NCBI RefSeq assembly: GCF_006345805.1
Contig: NC_042999.1
Location: 158,286,001-158,350,000 of the forward strand
DNA: 64,000 nucleotides
Source of the DNA: Octopus sinensis
Lineage: Eukaryota
Direction: 5' to 3'
The notes under the pieces: generated by a model
Seen by the model: only the letters and a program-made list of their open reading frames with translations
The model's database searches: none
What the model was told of the DNA's origin: nothing
Position numbers and translations under genes: made by a program
Shown here: positions 1 to 11,699 of the stretch, piece after piece
Numbering within the stretch: the stretch's first letter is position 1
Layout of the letters: the number at the start of each line of letters is the position of its first letter

Positions 1-325
1 GCCTGCTCGTGAAATTAACGTGTAAGTGGCTGAGCACTCCACAGACACGTGTACCCTTAACGTAGTTCTCGGGGATATTCAGCGTGACACAGAGAGTGAC
101 AAGGCCGGCCCTTTGAAATACAGGTACAACAGAAACAGAAAGTAAGAGTGAGAGAAAGTTGTGGTGAAAGAGTACAGCAGGGATCACCACTATCCCTGCC
201 GGAGCCTCGTGGAGCTTTTTAGGTGTTTTCGCTCAATAAACACTCACAACGCCCGGTCTGGGAATCGAAACCGCGATCCTATGACCGCGAATCCGCTGCC
301 CTAACCACTGGGCCATTGCGCCTCC
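1..325 (-). mobile_element. tRNA-derived SINE, family A (3' end cut by window edge)
   Basis: Minus strand reads GGAGGCGCAATGGCCCAGTGGTTAGGGC (A box) ... GGTTTCGATTCC (B box); the body matches four other copies in the window. Confidence 0.9.
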
Positions 326-588
326 ACGGTGATAGTATCACCAATAGTCTGAAAGCAAACAAAACAGTGATTGGCAGCTGACAGGATATGATACAACAAA
401 TAGGTAACCCTTGCCGAGAGCACCATGTGCTTACACTAAAAATCAAACGCGAGTTCCTGTTACGTCACTTTATATCCCTAGCTTCACAGTCATACTGCCA
501 ACTCGAAGAGCCGTGGCTGAGCTCACACGTCAACTTCACCCAGTTCAACGAACGGTTTTCTATCGATAGATCGGTCAACTCTTGACAG

Positions 589-958
589 GAGGAGCAATGG
601 CCCAGTGGTTAGGGCAGCGGACTCGCGGTTTCGATTCCCAGACCGGGCGTTGTGAGTGTTTATTGAGCGAAAACACCTAAAAGCTCCACGAGGTTCCGGC
701 AGGGGATGGTGGTGGTCCCTGCTGTACTTTTTGACCACAACTTTCTCTCACTCTTACTTCCTGTTTCTGTTGTACCTGTATTTCAAAGGGCCAGCCTTGT
801 CACAATCTGTGTCACGCTGAATATCCCCGAGAACTACATTAAGGATGCACGTGTCTGTGGAGTGCTCAGCCACTTACACGTTAATTTCACGAGCAGGCTG
901 TTCCGTTGATTCGGATCAACCGGAACCCTCATCGTCGTAACCGACGGAGTGCTTCCAC
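589..958 (+). mobile_element. SINE family A with 13-bp TSD
   Basis: A and B boxes present. TSD CAACTCT(T/C)GACAG at 576-588 and 959-971. 14-bp deletion between TCGCGGT direct repeats in the head. Confidence 0.92.
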
Positions 959-2538
959 CAACTCTCGACAGTCACTGTATAAATTGGATCCAACAAAACT
1001 TTTCGTTCTATAAGTCTCACACGAAGCACGGATTAAATAGTTAAGCGGAAAGGGTATAAGAAACATTAAATCATTTTTGTATTTCCATAAAGAGCATGTG
1101 TAATTCCATCCCACATTGACATGTGTATAAATGCAATATATACAAACACAGTTTATACAAACATCTCAGTTTAATAAGTGTCATGCACGAAATTTACGGA
1201 CATTGAGTAACTTTTATTCTGATTAAAAGATTTACATGTTCTGAGTTCTCATTTCTTCTGTTCTAACAAATATATATAAATATATACATACATATGCCTA
1301 CTATATAAATGAGAGTATATGTGGTTATGTATGTGTGTTTAACTCCGAAAGGCCGTGAAATGGTCAGTCCTGGAGAAAAACGAATTAGTTTTTCGAAATC
1401 TGCGTCCCAAACAGAAGGTTGCCCGTAAATAATAATAAAAAAAGAGAAGTCAAATTTTAAGTCGATGAATCTCCCAGTCTGTATTTGTCACTATCAAGCT
1501 CCCTCTCTCACATTTACGTCTTCTTCTCTCTCTCTCTACATTTGCCATATCTTTATCACTCACTCTCACTCCCTCTCTGTATATCTCTCACACATTGTTT
1601 TCCTTTTCTTTAAAACATAGTCTTCTCATATTTACTTTCACTTTATGATACACGGATATCACTCACAAACCCTGATTTCTGAACGAATATAAATGATCAA
1701 ACTTTAAGCTTCTGTAAAAATTGCAAATTTTTTCCTGGAATAAATAAATCACAAATTCGGATTCAGCGTGAAAAAGTACATCAATATACCAAATTTGAAA
1801 AGTTTCAATTAATATTAAAATTTCAAAGTCTATGACAGCAACAGAAAATTTCTTTCTATTCACATCTTTCTTTTTTTTTTCGGTTTTAAATTTTTTACAC
1901 GATAAACTTAACCCTCTCTCTATATATTCACCACTCTTTCTTTCACTCTCTATAAATACATATAGCACGCACTGTGCGCGCGCATGTGTGTGAGAGTGAG
2001 TGAGTGTGTGTGTGTGTGTGTGTGCGCGAGTGTGTGTATGTATGTGAGTACAAATTTCGTTAGGGTGACTGATTTCAAAAAATGTATGTAAAGGATAATT
2101 TATTTTGATAGCATACTTTTGTGTTAGAAAATATGTTTTTGTTTAAATACACATGCGCGCGCACACACACGCATGGATTCGCTTGTCGCGGGGGTTCAAA
2201 ATTTAAATTACAAACTCTTTTTGACCACTGCATCAACACTCCATAAAATGTGTTTATGGGGAGAAAAATATTAAAAAACCGCAATACACGTCAGAGTGAC
2301 AAATAAACGTGGAAGATACCAGGTGGTCGTTGGATGTGCTAGAAACAATAACTAAATCTCCCTTAAATCACACTCATTTTCATCTGAAATTAATTTTGAA
2401 ATTATAAGAAGAGATTATTGCAGATTCGGACTATCAGTGTTTTTAAATTACGATTTAAACATTTTTTTGAAAAAGCCGAAATTTTAGGATTTACGGGGAG
2501 TGGGGATGGGTTAAAGAAAAAAATTCGCTATTTATATA

Positions 2539-2573
2539 GGCGTAACAGTGGCTGTGTGGTAAGTAGCTTGCTT
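2539..2573 (+). mobile_element. SINE family B, 5' head only
   Basis: GGCGTAACAGTGGCTGTGTGGTAAGTAGCTTGCTT matches the heads of B copies at 8045 and 36234. Confidence 0.65.
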
Positions 2574-2604
2574 GCTTCACTATTGAAGAGTTCGCGTTTT
2601 TTGA

Positions 2605-2670
2605 CGCTGATTGGCAGTCACGTCCTTCGACGTGAAATATTGAAAAATTGAAGTACGACTACAGGTAAGG
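2605..2670 (+). promoter_or_regulatory. Candidate Pol II promoter and splice donor upstream of the ORF1-like frame
   Basis: GATTGG (reverse CCAAT), GTCACGTC and GACGTG motifs; CAG|GTAAGG donor with GT at 2665. Matching acceptor TTTGCATTAG| at 3052 with pyrimidine tract and CTCAT branch-like motif. Motif evidence only. Confidence 0.3.
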
Positions 2671-3110
2671 TGTTTGTTTTTTTTTGGGGGGGAGCTTAGT
2701 GAAGTCCGTTGTTCTGTAATTAATAATTTTTGTTGAGCAAGGGTCTCCACTGGGTTTCAGACATTTGCCTTCCTGTGGTCGTGCAAAAATACTCACTTTG
2801 TAGTGAGAATTGTGTTTTTTTGAGGGGGCGTATTTCTTCCGAAAATTTATGATTTTATGTGACTGTGTACACTTCATGGATTTTACCAATTGGAATACAA
2901 CCAGGAATTTGTTGCTGCTATTTTTGTGCTGGAAGGAATTTTTAACTGTGCTACAAAGGATTACCAGAGTTGAATGTTGTTGTCATTTGAACTGTCGTCC
3001 TTCGTTCTTTTCCTCGTGTCTGTTTTTCTGCTCATTTTTGTGTTTGCATTAGAGACTTTTTATTTGAACATTTTTGATTTTGTTGTGGACTTTTATATTT
3101 TATTTTATTG

Positions 3111-4378
3111 ATGGCAACCATTGTAAGAAAGCCTTGGAGTGGCGAATTGTGGCCCCCAAGGAGTGGCTAAAAAACTATGATGAGAGAACGGTGGTGTTGC
3201 AGACCTATTGCAAGGTCCGCGACACCATCTGTGCATTCCCCCAGAGTGAAATTGAAGAAGAGTTGGCGGGATTTGTGCCAGCTTATAGTTTCATCCGTAG
3301 GGGTGCAAAGTACGCAACGGTGTGCGTGCTTTTTGACACACCTACGGAGGCTCAGAAATTTGCGAGCCAACCTATAGATAGGAGGAAGATTTTGTTTCTT
3401 CCCAATGATGGTGTGCGTAAATTGACAAAAGCCTGGGTGTGTGGGCTGCCGCCCGGTATAGAGGCTAAATGGATAGAAGATTCTATCCGTTGAGGCCTGG
3501 GTGGTGGCCCAGCCAGGCTCTTGAATGTAAAAATACTGCCTGCGGTCGATTGGGCTGGGTCAAAAGCAATTTTGATCCTATGGGCCCAATTGACCGAAGA
3601 TCTGGTTTTACCTGATTTTTTGACAATGACCGGTTCCAGGCAACCGGTGAACATTGAGGGACGCCCCCCGCCAAGTGTCACCTGTGCCTGGAATCAGGGC
3701 ATATGAAGAAGAACTGTTGCCGGGACCAGGTGAATGTCCTGGAATAGTTGATTGATGACTGTAAACCTCCTGTTCCCCCAACGGAGCCTCCCGCTCCTTC
3801 ATTGGAGGGAGAGAGAGAGAAAGTCGAAGAGGAGGTAACCTCCTCGAGAAAAGGTACTAAGAGAAAGAAGGTTGGCGACAATGGTTGCCCACCGATGGAC
3901 CCTGAGGTGGTGGGAGGGGAGTACGGACCTCCGGACATGTCGGAGGAACTCCACCCTCGCAAAGGGGAAAAGTAAGATGAAGAAAAATAAAAACGGGGCA
4001 TTGCCGGCGACGGCATGTCCCGAAATTCCTTCGGTGGGGTGTGTGCCACCGGAGGAGGAGAAGAAGGAAACCTTGTCGGTGGGATGTGTGCCATCGAGCG
4101 AGGGAGTTGAGGTCCCTCTCAATGAAAGTGATGAGGAATTTATATTCCTCTATCGCAGGAGAGGAGCGATTGAGGAGTATGTAGAAAACAATATTGATAG
4201 TCGAGTTCTGATGGATCCGATTTTTATTGACAGTCCAGAGTGGCCTTCGCAGGTGGCTGCAATGGTACTGGAAAGATCCTTCCCAAAGGTGGAATGCAGA
4301 TTACTTTTTTTTGGCTCCGATTGGTGGTTGCAGGAATACCTGCAGGCCGCAAAAGAGTTAATTGAGGGAGTAATGTAA
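3111..4378 (+). pseudogene. Decayed non-LTR retrotransposon ORF1/gag-like protein (RRM-like region + CCHC zinc knuckle), L1/Tx1-like
   Basis: Stitched reading: MATIVRK/ALEWRIVAPKEW...GAKYATVCVLFDTPTEAQKF...TKAWVCGLPPGIEAKWIE...VNIEGRPP, then CHLCLESGHMKKNC (C-x2-C-x4-H-x4-C, 3676-3717), an acidic/basic linker, and a C-terminal domain ending at TAA 4378. About 3 frameshifts and 2 in-frame stops (3491, 3745). No ORF2 follows. Confidence 0.75.
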
Positions 4379-4578
4379 GAGGTTTATCGCCCCCATATGT
4401 ATAAAATTTGTTTCCTTTGTGATGGACTTCTAGTCCAATATTTTGTATATATTTCTCAGAGGTTTAATACCTCTATATATGTTGTTTTTAACGAACAATG
4501 TTTTAGAGAAGCAGGGTGTCGGCGGGCGCTTTCTGCCTTCTCCCATCTTTATCATCTTGTATTATTATCATTCGCCTC

Positions 4579-4695
4579 AGACCGATAGATTGAGTATTAA
4601 GCTTACAAAGAATAAGTCCTGTGGTTGATTTGTTCGACTAAAGGTGATGCTCCAGCATGGCCGCAGTCAAATAACTGAAACAAAAAAATGTAAAG
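4579..4695 (+). mobile_element. SINE family B, 3' tail only
   Basis: AGACCGATAG...TTACAAAGAATAAGTCC...TGCTCCAGCATGGCCGCAGTCAAATAACTGAAAC matches the B tail at 8335-8440. Confidence 0.8.
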
Positions 4696-4789
4696 TGTAT
4701 TGTTTTTATATAACGTTTCCTTTTCTGTTTGAAAATAAAGGAAGAGAGATTTTTAATGGTGTTTGCCGATTTCCCAAAATATATATACA

Positions 4790-4803
4790 TACATACATAC
4801 ATG

Positions 4804-4844
<41 letters not shown>

Positions 4845-4854
4845 ACACACACAC

Positions 4855-4899
<45 letters not shown>

Positions 4900-5554
4900 C
4901 ATGTCAATCTTGACAACTGAAAGTCCAATGGCCTAAGTTTTAGACTACCTACAACGGTGATTCGTTTTCATTAGCGAAGGCTTTTATAGAATCAGTTACA
5001 ATGTTTGGAAATGCTTACAGTAGGAAGTTGGCGCAAATATTTGTCAAATACTCAACAAACCTCAAGGTTTTCTACGAGAATTTTCTATCTCTTGAGTTAC
5101 TTTCCTTCGCTACGGCTTGAGTCTTACTCTGGTAGATAGAACAACTGCCCACCCGCGTACTAATCCAGAAATTTCTAAGTACTCATACATACATACATAC
5201 ATACATACATACATACATACATACATACATACATACATTCATACATACATACATACATACATGCATACATACACACATACATACATACATACATACATAC
5301 ATACATACATACATACATACATACATACATACATACATACATACATACATGCATACGTATATATCAAGAAAGAATTGGATGATTGTGGATTCTTCTGAGT
5401 TCATGCACCCTTTGACGGGTCAGATTAATCAGGGTGTTCAAAAATCACCCAACATACCAAGCAGCCTACTGCTGTTACTTGTGTAGTTCCCGGTGGCTCG
5501 ATCATGCAAAGGGTTGCGCAGGGATAGATGTTATCAGTAGCGTTAACGGGCGAC

Positions 5555-5594
<40 letters not shown>
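4790..5594. repeat. Microsatellite cluster: (CA)n ~4803-4890, (CATA)n ~5183-5350, (CA)n ~5557-5594
   Basis: Direct reading. Confidence 0.95.
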
Positions 5595-5595
<1 letters not shown>

Positions 5596-5741
5596 CGTTA
5601 TAAGTACAGGCCTAAAGATCAGTCACTCTGCATTTTATCTGAATGTATATATATCCTTGATGTTGCTGTTGTTCTATTTTTCTCCTTCTCAATATAATAA
5701 TAATAATAATAATAATAATGATAATAAAAATGATAATAATA

Positions 5742-5859
5742 AGAACACTTTCCATACAATAACCATCAGAGCATCACAACAAATCACAGCACATACCCAA
5801 GGCACACAGAGCTGCGCTCGGTAGTGAAGTGAAAGCACGCTATAAAAATAAAACTACTG
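5742..5859 (+). mobile_element. Extremely 5'-truncated R4/Dong-like element (last codons + 3' UTR) in an (AAT)n array
   Basis: AGAACACTTTCCATACAATAA (RTLSIQ*) plus a 3' UTR nearly identical to 20575-20693; flanked by (AAT)n on both sides. Confidence 0.9.
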
Positions 5860-5889
5860 AATAATAATAATAATAATAAAAATAATAAA

Positions 5890-5950
<61 letters not shown>

Positions 5951-5951
<1 letters not shown>

Positions 5952-6490
5952 CAGGCAGTGGCTCTCGTTGCTTCTGATCTTAACTGATTGGAAGTGTTAT
6001 CACGTACATTGTTTTTTCTTGGTATAAAAGATGGGCTACAGCAAATATTCTGCTCAATACCACAGATTTGCTTGTCAGTTGTTTGACCTTAACCAGTTGA
6101 GCATGTCCCTCAGTGGCTGACAATACGTGCATCTCTGATCACGAGCAGAAGTAGTGGGGGAACATCATAGCCATGTGTTGAAAGGGATTCTTTGGAGTTT
6201 GAATAATTCACCTCTGGAAACATGGGTGTTTCGTTCAACATCCTAAAGTAATCCTTATTCAGAGACCGTTTGAGCAGCATGGGCTACTCGACCTGAAGAA
6301 AATTCTAACTGAGCCCCACCTGCAAGGTCATGTGCTGTTTATCTTGATATGAGATCACCATGTCGCGCACATATGGTTGTGATGCATGTGCCTGGTGTAC
6401 GCTTATCAGACGGGTAGTCATGATGGGTATGCTGGGCTTTGTATATTTTACCCCAGTGTCACTTTGATGGTATGCACTGCTCTCTCACTC
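5951..6490 (+). mobile_element. 'Element D': ~540-bp (AAT)n-embedded non-autonomous retroposon
   Basis: Reverse-complement match to 21726-22291; truncated copies at 48389 and 53032; ends ...CTCTCTCACTC(AAT)n. Strand inferred from which end the truncated copies retain. Confidence 0.8.
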
Positions 6491-6541
<51 letters not shown>

Positions 6542-6595
6542 TAATAATAATAATTATTATTATTATTATTATTATAATTATTATTATTATTATTA

Positions 6596-6648
<53 letters not shown>
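6491..6648. repeat. (AAT)n switching to (ATT)n (self-complementary trinucleotide array)
   Basis: Direct reading; polarity switch near 6553. Confidence 0.9.
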
Positions 6649-6649
<1 letters not shown>

Positions 6650-6850
6650 GCACTCTGGACGAAATGCTTAGCGGTATTTCGCCCGTCGCTACATTTTGAG
6701 TTGAAATTCCACCGAGGTCGGCTTTGTCTTTCATCCTTTCGGTGTCGATAAATTAAGTACCAGTGAAACACTTAGGTCGATGTAATCGACCGGTCTCTTG
6801 CTCAAAATTTCATGCCTTATGCCTATAATAGAAAGGGTTATTATTATTGT
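6645..6850 (+). mobile_element. SINE family C (5'-truncated, diverged) with (ATT)n tail
   Basis: GAGTTGAAATTCC B-box-like motif; central CTTTCATCCTTTCGGTGTCGATAAATTAAGTACCAG domain shared by all C copies. Confidence 0.8.
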
Positions 6851-6939
6851 TATTATCATTGTCGTTATTATTATTTCTTTGATTCAGACTTATGCGACAT
6901 ACAGTTCGTAGGCTTCTCATTGAAACTTTAAGTCGTACG

Positions 6940-7185
<246 letters not shown>

Positions 7186-7219
7186 CACACATACCTATAC
7201 CCACATATATATTCTTGTA

Positions 7220-7458
7220 TTCTTTTACATGTTTCAATCATTTGACAGCGGCCATGCTGGAGCACCGCCTTCAGTAGAGCAAGCCGACCGCAGAACATAT
7301 TCTTTGTAAGCCTAGTACCTATTTTATCGGTCTGTTTTGCCGAACCGCTAATTTACGGGGACGTAAACACACAAGCATCGGTTGTCAAGCGATGTTCGGG
7401 GTCCAAACATAATACACATACATACGCATACACACAAACATACAAACACACACGCACA

Positions 7459-7514
<56 letters not shown>

Positions 7515-7680
7515 CACGACGGGCTTCTTTCAGTTTACGTCTACCAAATCCACTCACAAGGCTTTGGTCAGCCTGAGGCTATAGTAGAAGACACTTGCCC
7601 AAGGTGCCATGCATTGGGACTGAACGCGGAACCATGTGGTTGGTAAGGAAGCCTCTTACCACACAGCCACTCCTACGCCT
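7220..7680 (-). mobile_element. SINE family B, full length, with internal (TA)n(TG)n
   Basis: Minus strand begins AGGCGTAGGAGTGGCTGTGTGG; colinear with 8045-8470. Confidence 0.9.
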
Positions 7681-8044
7681 TTATAGATATCAAAAGGATG
7701 TGTTACAATACTATTCCACATATAGAAAAACAGCCATACCAACAATCCAACATACCTCCATCATCAGCTGCCCCACGGATATCATTATGATTTCGATACC
7801 TGGACAGCACCATTCAATCGGGGGGGGGGTGTCAATAGCACTAAAATAAGGGTTGTCTGGGAACAAACATACCTAAGAAACCACATCGCTTAAACACATA
7901 TACCCTATATACAATAATATCGATAAATAAACGCAATAAGTAAATCTATAACCAACTCCTAAATACGTAACAAATAGCGACTAATCCTGTAAGTCATACA
8001 AAAAATATTCCCTTCATCTTCCATAGTATAGTAGTTAGTATATA

Positions 8045-8470
8045 GGCGCAGGAGTGGCTGTGTGGTAAGTAGCTTGCTTATGAACTACATGGTTCCGGGT
8101 TCTGTCCCACTGCGTGGCATCTTGAGCAAGTGTCTTCTACTATAGCCTCGGGCCGATCAAAGCCTTGTGAGTGGATTTGGTAGACGGAAACTGAAAGAAG
8201 CCTGTCGTATATATGTATATATATATATATGTATATGTGTGTGTTTGTGTGTCTGTGGTTGTCCCCCTAGCATTGTTTGACAACCGATGCTGGTGTGTTT
8301 ACGTCCCCGTCACCTAGCGGTTCGGCAAAAAGAGACCGATAGAATAAGTACTGGGCTTACAAAGAATAAGTCCCGGGGTCGATTTGCTCGACTAAAGGCA
8401 GTGCTCCAGCATGGCCGCAGTCAAATGACTGAAACAAGTAAAAGTAAAATTAAAAGTAAGTAAAGTAAAG
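8045..8470 (+). mobile_element. SINE family B, full length, (TAAAG)n tail
   Basis: tRNA-like head (GGAGTGGCTGTGTGGT, GGTTCCGGGTTC); internal TA/TG microsatellite; conserved tail. Confidence 0.9.
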
Positions 8471-8621
8471 TATAATATAAAAGTGGAAGCTTTATAACCA
8501 CATTCATTCAATCTAAATATAGCAGGATTTTAAATTAAACTACAACAAAGAAACGCATAAACCTATGTACATGTGTATCGGTGTTAATAATAAACCGTAA
8601 ACCTGCAATAACTAAAGTATA

Positions 8622-9017
8622 TCTTTATATATAATAGAGAGGTTGAGTGCTGTCTGTCTCCTACGATTTAGATTCCCAACTACTCCCACATTTTGCGGCG
8701 CCGTGTAACCAAAAGCGGGTATCTTATAGTCGTGATTCACATCGAGCCCTTCTGGGTATTAGCGCGCGTCTAAGATGAGTTTACGATTTAAAAAAAAATT
8801 ACCATCATTTTTTCCCACTTTAATGCATTTTTTTGCTATTATATAAGGGAAGTAACTCTCTAAAAATGTATTATTAAATCTCAGAACGTAAAAAGCTACA
8901 GTAACACCCCACTTTGTGGTTAGCCATATCGAGATGGCTATTATACTTTACATCTCTAAAAATGCTTATATAGTTATTTCCCTTACAAACGCGAGCAACG
9001 CCGGGCGATACTGCTAG
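8622..9017 (+). mobile_element. Non-autonomous Helitron (H1)
   Basis: Starts TC after A8621 and ends CTAG before T9018; subterminal GCAACGCCGGGCG hairpin-like motif; no TSD; four copies in the window. Confidence 0.9.
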
Positions 9018-9975
9018 TACTAAATAGGAACCAATCTTTACGATCATACAAATAATAATCCCACCAGTCTTCCATAGTTATTACTCTAATAAAAAAGTGA
9101 AAGCTTTATATAATTCTCTTCAAAACAAAACAAACACGATTGAATTTAATTTATTGCATAATATAATAATTATGCGTGAAATACATTATTTCATAATTCA
9201 AAAGTTTATAATAAAGCACTACACACTCATTAATATATTACCCTAACAAGTTTCAATGTTAAATTACCAGTGACTAATAGAAACATTAAATCTTATTAAA
9301 TAGGAGCTAATAAAATGTATACTTGTAATTAACTATTATTATAGAATTTTGCTACGATTGAAGCTAAATTAAAACTATTTAAAAAATAATAAAAATACAA
9401 AGTATTAACATTGACATGTTTTTTCAGACACGCGGTTTCATCACCAAGTACTTCAAGTATTACCATAACTATTGATGACGTAGTGCACAATTACTACTTC
9501 CTCAATTGTTTTAAATAATATTGGTGACGTAATAAGCAAATAACTTAAATCGTAATCATTCCAAATTTTTACAAATATTTGCTAAGCTGAAGACTACCCC
9601 AGATTTATTTGAAATTTGAAGTGTCCCACCTAAACAGCGATTAAAATTTTAAGGAATTTATGTTTTACTATATGTCTTAACAGTTTATTCTTTCCCAAAA
9701 TTTATTAGCACTATTAATAATAGTACTATATCTGACAATTCGCCCTACAAAAACACCATAACCAATAAAAGAACGAATTCTGCTACTGAACCATGTCATT
9801 GAAGCCACTTGGAAAGCGAAACCTTCTATCATAAATGTCAGTACATATTTTGTTATTATACTTAATTACTAAATTGACATCTATATAATTAATATTTCTT
9901 ATATTGTAACCATTTCTGGTGGTTATAAGCTCACTAGGGTATATTCTTCTGAGTGGAAATTCAAAGAACCCATAA

Positions 9976-10371
9976 TCTTTACATATAAAAGAGAGGTTGT
10001 GTGCTGTCTGTCTCCTACGATTTAGATTCCTAACTACTCCCACATTTTGCGGTGCAGTTTAACCAAAACCGGGTATCTTATAGTTGTGATTCATATCGAG
10101 CCCTTCTGGGTATTAGCGCGCGTCTACGATGAGTCTACGATTAAAAAAAAATTACCATAAATTTTTCCCATTTTTAATGCATTTTTGGCATATATAAGGA
10201 AAGTAACTCTCTAAAAATGTATTATTAAATCTCAGAACAGAAAAAGCTACGGTAACCCCCCCCCCCTTTGTGGTTAGCCATATTGAGATGGCTATTATAC
10301 TTTACATCTCTAAAAATGCTTAAATAGTTATTTCCCTTACAAACCCGAGCAACGCCGGGCGATACTACTAG
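9976..10371 (+). mobile_element. Non-autonomous Helitron (H2)
   Basis: A|TC...CCCGAGCAACGCCGGG...CTAG|T. Confidence 0.9.
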
Positions 10372-10518
10372 TTAGGTATAAATATATCATCTATATATCT
10401 GCACCATCCATCAAGTTGTTTAAATAAACTAATCTTTGAGACTGCGTTACTTTAGTGTGCCTTTAGCTAAAGTGACGCATTCTCAAAGAATTGTTTGATG
10501 AAGTGAATGTATAATAAA

Positions 10519-10910
10519 CTAGCAGTATCGCCCGGCGTTGCTCGGATTTGTAAGGGAAATAACTATAAAGCATTTTTAGAGAGTTGTAGCCAAAAATAGC
10601 AAAAAATGCATTAAAAATGGAAAAGAAAATGATGGTAAATTTTTTTTTAAATCGTTGACTCATCGTAGACATTTTTAGAGAGTTACTTCCCTTATATTTA
10701 AAAAATATGCATTAAAATGGAAAAAATGATGGTAAATTATTTTTAAAATCGTAGACTCATCGTAGACGCGCGCTAATACCCAGAAGGGCTTGATATGAAT
10801 CACGACTATAAGATACCCGGTTTTGGTTAAACTGCACCGCAAAATGTGGGAGTAGTTAGGAATCTAAATCGGAGTAGACAGACACACAACCTTTCTTTTA
10901 TATATAAAGA
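10519..10910 (-). mobile_element. Non-autonomous Helitron (H3), internally rearranged
   Basis: Same termini on the minus strand; ~70-100 bp internal duplication replaces another internal segment. Confidence 0.88.
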
Positions 10911-11699
10911 TGTACCTATCTTAGATGACATAATCCGGTGTTAATCTTCATTGAAACTCGTTCGAGAAAGATATAATAGGTAATTTTGTAAACAAATATC
11001 TAACTTTGTTAAGATTTGATTACAAAACACGCGTGCGCACACAAACACATACATGCGCACACAGACCCTGACACACACACACACATGCGAACATGCATAC
11101 AAACACACACACACACACATTTGCACACAGTCGTACACATACAGTGGAAGTCAAATGTTTAAATATAATCCGTAAACGATTAGAATATCCCATACATTAT
11201 CATCCCGATAACATTCATTCTTTTGAATTTATTTGCCACATATATTCCCTTAAGTTTACTTTATAACATCTATCTTTCTTGCATGTATTGTTTCTTCGTA
11301 TTATTTTCCCAATGTCGTAATCAGAGTAACATGGCGTATGTATGATTTATTGCTCATCGCAGGCACATTGATTTATCGACTGGTAGAGAATGTAAATAAA
11401 ACCATTGTCAAATGTTATCCTGCAGTTTTCTTTATCAAGAAAAGAATTTAATGATAAAAATACACGAAAAATTTCGGAATTTTCTGCCTACATGACACAT
11501 GGACGTGTTGTATTGCAGTAAAACAAAATTTTTGATTTTGCACATCACTAAACTCTCATATATTATACTAAATTACAGAAAATTGTACCAGGATATCACA
11601 TTGTTTTTCAGGAAGCTGGTCTATAAAAAGTAAAACAAACACTGCAACAACAGAAATGCTGACGATGATAATGGTAGGAACAGAGAGAAGGCGAGGTGG

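Noticed and set aside
1340-1372. CTCCGAAAGGCC resembling the 28201 hammerhead start
   Set aside because: Core is one base short and there is no GAAA/stem III in register.
7700-8040. Possible APE endonuclease remnant (GGGVSIALK)
   Set aside because: A single short motif in heavily decayed sequence; cannot support a family.
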